Shown here: in pieces, positions 30,644 to 35,648 of the stretch
Layout: every line of letters starts with the position of its first letter
Numbering within the stretch: the stretch's first letter is position 1
Assembly (NCBI GenBank): GCA_038062995.1
Contig: JBBTVZ010000006.1
Span: 1 to 35,648 of the forward strand
Source of the DNA: Patescibacteria group bacterium
GTDB taxonomy: Bacteria; Patescibacteriota; Minisyncoccia; UBA6257; GWB1-50-10
Direction of reading: 5' to 3'
Length of the DNA stretch: 35,648 nucleotides
The notes under the pieces: generated by a model
Seen by the model: only the letters and a program-made list of their open reading frames with translations
What the model was told of the DNA's origin: nothing
Databases searched by the model: none
Made by a program: the position numbers and the translations under genes

Positions 30644-31755
30644 ATTATATTGAAAAACATGGCGACCTCATATCCAAGCGCGATAACAAAAACCGCGTAT
30701 AAAAGAAAACTCAATAATCTTAATGGATTTTTAGGAAACGCCTTCCTCCACATCATCACAATAAATATCCCCTCAAGTGCGAGAAACACGCTCCCGATAA
30801 AACTCACGGCAGGAAGAAAATTTTGAAATCCGAGAGCATAAAGCAAAAGCGGAGCAATAAGCACCACCGCGGCGCCTTCAATTTTCGGCCTCCGCAAATC
30901 AACGCGCATAATATCGCGGACATTTATTCCAATTACGAAATATGACGTCCACAGCGCGATAAGCCCAAACACTCCGAGAAGCATCTGTGTTGAATTAGAA
31001 AGCGCGCCTAAACTGTTAAGCGTCTCCGGGGTTACAAACGGATTCAATTTCAGTACGCCAAGCGTGAAGAAAAAATATACAACAGCAGGAATCGCAGTTC
31101 CTAAAAAAATTACCAAACCTACGGAAAATGACTTTCCAACCGCGCGCGCTTTTTTATACTCTTTAAGAACCGCCGACACCGCTGGCCTCCCGCTAAAAGC
31201 GAAAAGAAGCGGACCGAACGGCAAGAAAGCGGTCACCCAGCCAAAATCCCCTACAAGAGGAGTGATAAATTCTCGCGGGGCGGACAAGTAAATTACAAAT
31301 CCCACAATTCCGACAATACCGAGCGTCCCCAAAATTTCCGCCCATCCGACCCACTCCAAACGGACAAAAATAAAAAACGAACCCAAAAACCAGAAAATAA
31401 AAAGCGCGAGTAGGGCCGGAAGTTCCACGATTGTATTTAAAAAAACTGATGCGAGAATAAGATATGTAGTCAGAACAAAAATAAGCTCAAGAAAAACTGA
31501 AAACGAAGCAACATTGCTTACTATCCTCGGCAAATATTTTTTAGCGAGGTAAAAAAATTGGTGCTCTCCGGAGTTTACTTCTAGCACTTTCGCATACATA
31601 AAGTGCACCGCGAAATAAACTGCCCCGAAAAACACCAAATACGCCGTCCCTATGCCGAAACCTACAATACTAAAAACAAATGGTAAAGAAAAAATGCCAG
31701 CGCCAATAATAGTGCCCGCGAGTAAACTCGTCGCGGCTACAAAATATTTATTCAT
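30640..31755 (-). CDS. Amino-acid-permease-like polytopic membrane transporter
   Basis: 371 aa, about 11 TM helices. N-terminal SLLAGTIIGAGIFSLPFVF resembles amino-acid transporter (Trp/Tyr/Ser permease-type) signatures. 4-nt overlap (ATGA) with the downstream gene. Confidence 0.55.
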   Translation of the reverse strand: MNKYFVAATSLLAGTIIGAGIFSLPFVFSIVGFGIGTAYLVFFGAVYFAVHFMYAKVLEVNSGEHQFFYLAKKYLPRIVSNVASFSVFLELIFVLTTYLILASVFLNTIVELPALLALFIFWFLGSFFIFVRLEWVGWAEILGTLGIVGIVGFVIYLSAPREFITPLVGDFGWVTAFLPFGPLLFAFSGRPAVSAVLKEYKKARAVGKSFSVGLVIFLGTAIPAVVYFFFTLGVLKLNPFVTPETLNSLGALSNSTQMLLGVFGLIALWTSYFVIGINVRDIMRVDLRRPKIEGAAVVLIAPLLLYALGFQNFLPAVSFIGSVFLALEGIFIVMMWRKAFPKNPLRLLSFLLYAVFVIALGYEVAMFFNII

Positions 31756-31761
31756 GGCCCC

Positions 31762-32019
31762 CTACTCTATTGGGTACACTAAATCACCTTCCCGCACCTT
31801 GTCTTCAATTTTAATTCCAACCTCCTGGTCTTTTTTTGCGATATCTATATCTTTATGGTCATACTGCATTGATTTTATGGTTTCCTCGAAATCCGTTGTC
31901 GCGCCTTTGAAACGAATTTCTGTCCCAATCTTGACTGGTTTATTAAACTTCACAATAGCGACATTTATTCCGCTAAAAAAATGCGTTACTTCGCCGATTG
32001 GTTTTGGTTCTTTTGGCAT
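31762..32019 (-). CDS. Small EF-Tu-domain-2-like beta-barrel protein ('translation elongation factor-like')
   Basis: 85 aa. IGEVTHFFSGINVAIVKF..PVKIGTEIRFKGATTDFEETIKSMQYDHKDI..A.KDQEVGIKI...VREGDLVY matches a small-protein family I recall with this annotation. Confidence 0.55.
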   Translation of the reverse strand: MPKEPKPIGEVTHFFSGINVAIVKFNKPVKIGTEIRFKGATTDFEETIKSMQYDHKDIDIAKKDQEVGIKIEDKVREGDLVYPIE

Positions 32020-32054
32020 ATAAATTAAATTTATCTTAATATTCGACCTTTTGT

Positions 32055-32642
32055 TTAGTGTTTTTCCTCCTCTTTTTTTATAAGAGCTTCAAGTTTCTCG
32101 ACTAAATCCGCCGGGTCGCGGGAGAATATGACTTTTCCGAATCCGCGATGAGACTGTTCAAGTATGTTTCGCGCCATATCGGCAAAACCGCCGGTGCCTT
32201 CAAGAACGCCTATTGGCTTTTCATTTTCAAAAGCTGAAGTAAATTCATTGATCGTGCCAATCCTCCCGCACACGATTATCATTCCATCCGCAACGCGCGT
32301 AAGCATAAGATTCCTGCCGACATAATCCGCTCCCGTAAAAAATATAGAATCGTGATATTCTATCGGCAACCGATATGTTTTAAGATGCGCCGATTTCGTG
32401 CTCGCTGGAGAAAATCCAATCACTGTGCCGCCATCTGTTTTCGCGCCTTTCGCGGTCCAATATGGAATCCCTGTCGTGGCGCCGGTAACAAGAACTATCC
32501 CGCGCCTCGCGATTTCGCGTCCAATTACCTCGGCCTTCTCCACGGCATCGCGCGAACAATGTCCTGTATCCGACGCTCCAGAAATACAGATTTTATACTG
32601 CAATCTTATGCTCTTCCCGCGTTCTTTTCTTTGTTTTACCAT
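32055..32642 (-). CDS. LOG/SLOG-superfamily Rossmann-like protein (TIGR00725-like)
   Basis: ICISGASDTGHC...AEVIGREIARRGIVLVTGATTGIPYWTAKGAKTDGGTVIGFSP...GRIGTINEF. I prefer the ATG at 32642 over the listed TTG at 32654. Confidence 0.6.
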   Translation of the reverse strand: MVKQRKERGKSIRLQYKICISGASDTGHCSRDAVEKAEVIGREIARRGIVLVTGATTGIPYWTAKGAKTDGGTVIGFSPASTKSAHLKTYRLPIEYHDSIFFTGADYVGRNLMLTRVADGMIIVCGRIGTINEFTSAFENEKPIGVLEGTGGFADMARNILEQSHRGFGKVIFSRDPADLVEKLEALIKKEEEKH

Positions 32643-32654
32643 ATATAATTCCAA

Positions 32655-34010
32655 TTATAACACCACTGTCTCTCCCATAGAAGGAACTACTGCGTCCAGT
32701 TTAAAATTCTGATGAATATTCTGCGCTAACGACTTTAATTGGTCTTCTTCTCCCTGCACGACAAAAACTTTCTTAAGAGTTTTTTTCATCGGGGCAAGCC
32801 ACTTCATAAGCTGCGACTGGTCGGCATGAGCGGAATATCCGCTAATTGAAACAACTTTAGAGCGGACTGGCACATTTTCACTGTTGATTTGTACGGTTTT
32901 CGCGCCTTCTAAAATTCTTCTCCCGAGAGAGCCCTGTACCTGAAAGCCTATAAAGAGGATTGTATTCTTTGAACTCGGAAGATACCGCATCTCATGCCTG
33001 CGAATACGGCCTCCTTGCGACATCCCCGCGCCCGCTATAACAATCTTCGGCGCAGGAATCTTATCAATGGTTTTTGACTCCTCTGTTGTAAGCGTGGCTT
33101 TAAGTCCAGGGAAACTGAAAATAGCGTCGCCACCCTCCGTTCTCGCAATTGACTCCGCGTTGAAATACATCGGGTCGCGCGAATATTTCTGGTATACGGA
33201 TGTCAGTTTTATCGCAAGCGGACTATCTATAAAAATCGGAACGCGTGGAATCCGCTTGCTTTCTGCCAAATCATTGAGTTCAAAAATAATTTCCTGTGTT
33301 CTCTCAAGCGCAAATGTTGGAATTAAAAGAACACCTCTATTTTTAATAATATTGATAATTGTTTTTCGGAGCTCTTCTTTTCTGGTATCCGCTCCTTCAT
33401 GAATTTTGTCACCGTACGCGGACTCAATAAGCGTGTAATCCGCCTCTTTTATGTATTCGGTATCTGTAATAAACGGATTTGGAATATTACCTAAATCCCC
33501 GCTAAAAACTATCCGCTTCCCTTCAGTCAAAACTACAACCGAGCTTGACCCTAAAATATGTCCGGCATTCCATAACTCAATTTCAAACGGCCCTATTTGC
33601 ATTTTTTTATGATATTGAACCCCTTCCCACATAGAACAAATTTTATCAATGTCTTCCGTGGTATAAAGCGGCTTTTCCCCGCAATGCGACGCCTCCTCAA
33701 GAAGAACGTGTTCGGAATCAAGAAGCATCGCTTCCGCAAAATCTTTCGCCGGCGGAGTTGATATAACCCGCTCTTTGAAACCGCATCGCGCGAGCTGGGG
33801 CAATCTCCCGGTATGGTCAATGTGCGAATGCGTTACAAAAACCGCGGAAATTTCTTTCGGGTTGTACGGAAACGGCTTGAAATTCGGAAGTTCGCAATAA
33901 TTTTTTCCTTGGCGCAATCCGCAATCAATAAGAATTTTCGCGCCGCCGGATTCCAAAAGGTAATTCGCGCCGGTAACCTCTCCAGCCCCACCGTAGAAAG
34001 TTAGCTTCAT
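32655..34010 (-). CDS. Metallo-beta-lactamase / beta-CASP family RNA-processing nuclease (CPSF-like)
   Basis: Start set at MKLTFYGGAGEVTG. VTHSHIDHTGRLP (HxHxDH), GHILGSS, the beta-CASP segment, and C-terminal SGYSAHADQSQL. Confidence 0.8.
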   Translation of the reverse strand: MKLTFYGGAGEVTGANYLLESGGAKILIDCGLRQGKNYCELPNFKPFPYNPKEISAVFVTHSHIDHTGRLPQLARCGFKERVISTPPAKDFAEAMLLDSEHVLLEEASHCGEKPLYTTEDIDKICSMWEGVQYHKKMQIGPFEIELWNAGHILGSSSVVVLTEGKRIVFSGDLGNIPNPFITDTEYIKEADYTLIESAYGDKIHEGADTRKEELRKTIINIIKNRGVLLIPTFALERTQEIIFELNDLAESKRIPRVPIFIDSPLAIKLTSVYQKYSRDPMYFNAESIARTEGGDAIFSFPGLKATLTTEESKTIDKIPAPKIVIAGAGMSQGGRIRRHEMRYLPSSKNTILFIGFQVQGSLGRRILEGAKTVQINSENVPVRSKVVSISGYSAHADQSQLMKWLAPMKKTLKKVFVVQGEEDQLKSLAQNIHQNFKLDAVVPSMGETVVL

Positions 34011-34022
34011 AATATACGTTTT

Positions 34023-34031
34023 AGTATACCA
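34023..34031 (-). promoter_or_regulatory. TG-extended -10 for the beta-CASP operon (predicts a very short leader)
   Basis: Minus strand TGGTATACT ends 12 nt before the ATG at 34010. Confidence 0.4.
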
Positions 34032-34054
34032 GCGCATACGCGCTACATCATAGA

Positions 34055-34082
34055 TTGACTTTTTTAAATAGTATGGTATACT
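34055..34082 (+). promoter_or_regulatory. Sigma70 promoter for the 100-aa gene (divergent from the beta-CASP operon)
   Basis: TTGACT, a 16-nt spacer, then TG-extended TGGTATACT. Confidence 0.5.
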
Positions 34083-34129
34083 TTAGATAGTAAATAAAAA
34101 GTCAACCAAAAGGAAAGGAGAATTGCCTA

Positions 34130-34432
34130 ATGGGAACTTTGAAAAAATTTAGCGGCACAGGACAAAACGGAGAAATAAAAGTTGAGGGATTCGCGGTAAA
34201 TGACCTCCATTTCAGAACACTTACCCGCGCACTCTTCGCCAGAGAAAAAATGAAGAGGAAAATCTCATTCTTTGATGATGATTTCACCGTCAAAAAAATT
34301 GAGATCGAACCATGGGAAAATCCGGAAAGTCCGGAGGTTCATTTTATGGAAAGAGAATTACAAAAACCCGTGCCAATACATAAAACACTACCAACAAAAG
34401 AATACTGGTGGAAAAACAAGGAAAATTTTTAA
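34130..34432 (+). CDS. Hypothetical protein (100 aa)
   Basis: RBS AAAGGAAAGGAG upstream. No motif recognised. Confidence 0.55.
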   Translation: MGTLKKFSGTGQNGEIKVEGFAVNDLHFRTLTRALFAREKMKRKISFFDDDFTVKKIEIEPWENPESPEVHFMERELQKPVPIHKTLPTKEYWWKNKENF

Positions 34433-34466
34433 CCCTTGAACTATCTAGTTCAAGGGTGTTTTATTT
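34433..34466. terminator. Bidirectional terminator (convergent with murE)
   Basis: CCCTTGAAC-TATCTA-GTTCAAGGG followed by TGTTTTATTT. The murE stop codon lies in the loop. Confidence 0.7.
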
Positions 34467-35648
34467 CTCAACTCTTCCTCAAAAACTTCTCGCTCATTCC
34501 ATGGAATTGTTTTTCCGTGCGCTATATGGATTGAAGATTCGCTTCCCTTCCCCGTTGCGACTACAACATCGCCTGCGCGCGCAAGCGAGAGCGCTTTTCT
34601 AATCGCCTCGCGGCGGTCGACTATTTCATAAACATTGGATTCCGGAAAATTCGGCAAGATACCTGAATGAATCTGCGTGATAATCTCCGAGGGATTTTCA
34701 TCATACGGGTCTTCATTGGTAAGAATAATAATGTCGCATTTCTCTGAAGCGATTTTCCCCATTTTGGGTCGTTTCCACTTATCTCTTCCTCCGCCGGCAC
34801 AACCTAAAACGCACATCATTCGCCCATAAGAGGTTTTGTAATCGCTCCGTAAGACATCGTAAACCATAAAGAGCGAATCCGGCGTATGCGCGTAATCAAC
34901 CACAACTGAGAATGGTTCGCGCCGGACAACATCGAGCCGCCCAGGAACTCCTTTGAACGACGCGAGCGCGCGTTCAACTGTGGGCCATTCAATTCCTAAA
35001 ATCTGCGCGAGCGCGAATGATGCCGACGCGTTTTCAAGGTTGAAATCTGCTGACACCCATTCGCCAAGTTTTTTCTTATCGTCGGCGAGTTGTTCCATTA
35101 CAAACTTATTCTTGCTGAAAAAAATTACGTCGCATCCAGTCTTGTCTTTTATAACATCCAAAAAGTATGTATAACTTCCGTCATCCACATTGATGATGAA
35201 ATATTTGCGCAACTTGGGAGAATCAAGCACGTCTTTAAAAAATAATACTTTCGCGCCGCGATATCTCTCAAACGATCCGTGCGCCTCAATGTGCTCCGGA
35301 GTAATATTTAAAAACACGGCAGCGTCCCATTCTATAAACTTGTGTCTATACTGAAGAACTCCCTGCGAGCTAACTTCTATAAACGCGTGCGTACAACCGG
35401 CATTCACAGCATCGCGTAGGAATTTCTGAATCGCGAACCTGCCAGGCATCGTATTTTTCCCAGAACTTTTCTGCGACAATTCTCCAATCTTCCTGCGAAC
35501 CGACGAGAGAAGCGCTGTTCTCTTTCCAGACGCCTCAAGAATCGAGCTCATAAGTTCCAATGTCGTTGACTTCCCTTTCGTTCCAGTTACGCCTACGACA
35601 AAAAGCTTCCTGCTCGGAAACCGGTAAATGATATTTCCGAAAAATGCC
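34445..35648 (-). CDS. murE: Mur ligase, MurE-like (UDP-N-acetylmuramoyl-L-alanyl-D-glutamate--diamino acid ligase); N-terminus outside the window
   Basis: The frame stays open upstream of the listed Met to the window edge (..KLFVVGVTGTKGKSTT P-loop at 35575-35620). EVSSQG, NITPEHIEAHGS, VVDYAHTPDSL and ATGKGSE blocks are present. Confidence 0.8.
   Translation of the reverse strand, partial: AFFGNIIYRFPSRKLFVVGVTGTKGKSTTLELMSSILEASGKRTALLSSVRRKIGELSQKSSGKNTMPGRFAIQKFLRDAVNAGCTHAFIEVSSQGVLQYRHKFIEWDAAVFLNITPEHIEAHGSFERYRGAKVLFFKDVLDSPKLRKYFIINVDDGSYTYFLDVIKDKTGCDVIFFSKNKFVMEQLADDKKKLGEWVSADFNLENASASFALAQILGIEWPTVERALASFKGVPGRLDVVRREPFSVVVDYAHTPDSLFMVYDVLRSDYKTSYGRMMCVLGCAGGGRDKWKRPKMGKIASEKCDIIILTNEDPYDENPSEIITQIHSGILPNFPESNVYEIVDRREAIRKALSLARAGDVVVATGKGSESSIHIAHGKTIPWNEREVFEEELRNKTPLN

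Noticed and set aside
1-35648. Alternative genetic code (UGA reassignment, as in some CPR lineages)
   Set aside because: Long genes (ileS, clp, argS, rnj) are intact under the standard code. TGA also terminates ORFs at sensible positions, for example udg and the 36-aa micro-ORF.

Overview
Gene-dense, moderately AT-rich chromosomal fragment. Its content suggests a Patescibacteria/CPR (Parcubacteria-like) genome; this is inference, not a database result. The supporting traits are compact housekeeping genes packed end to end, many small or single-pass membrane proteins of unknown function, an orphan solute-binding protein, frequent TTG/GTG starts under the standard code, TG-extended -10 promoters, and tRNA genes without encoded CCA. 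I call 40 protein-coding genes: three aminoacyl-tRNA synthetases (ileS, argS, trpS), three RNases (rny, rnj, a second beta-CASP enzyme), infC-rpmI-rplT, smpB, hup, secG, an ECF sigma module, murE and others. I also call 5 tRNAs (Arg-TCT, Pro-TGG, Gly-TCC, Leu-CAG, Arg-CCG) and a tmRNA directly after smpB. I see no rRNA, CRISPR array, transposase, integrase or recognisable defence or toxin genes. The main observations are: (1) ileS encodes an oversized 1187-aa protein with a complete histidine-phosphatase (PGM-superfamily) domain inserted between the two CxxC halves of its zinc knuckle. (2) A dispersed family of 7-nt-periodic TTTGAYA arrays, some paired with GC-rich hairpins, occurs in intergenic DNA, abutting a tRNA, and three times in frame inside ileS. 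(3) A GC-rich motif CTGAGCCTGC(C/T)GAAG is shared by tmRNA, ileS and a tRNA flank. (4) An unassigned ~160-nt structured RNA candidate lies downstream of tRNA-Arg(TCT). (5) An iPGM homologue lacks its transferase domain and has substituted metal ligands. (6) A membrane-anchored Clp/Hsp100 ATPase has a degenerate first ATPase module. (7) Several orphan small-gene cassettes and repeat structures lie around ssrA and tRNA-Arg(CCG). All homology calls are motif recognition by eye, and no searches were run.
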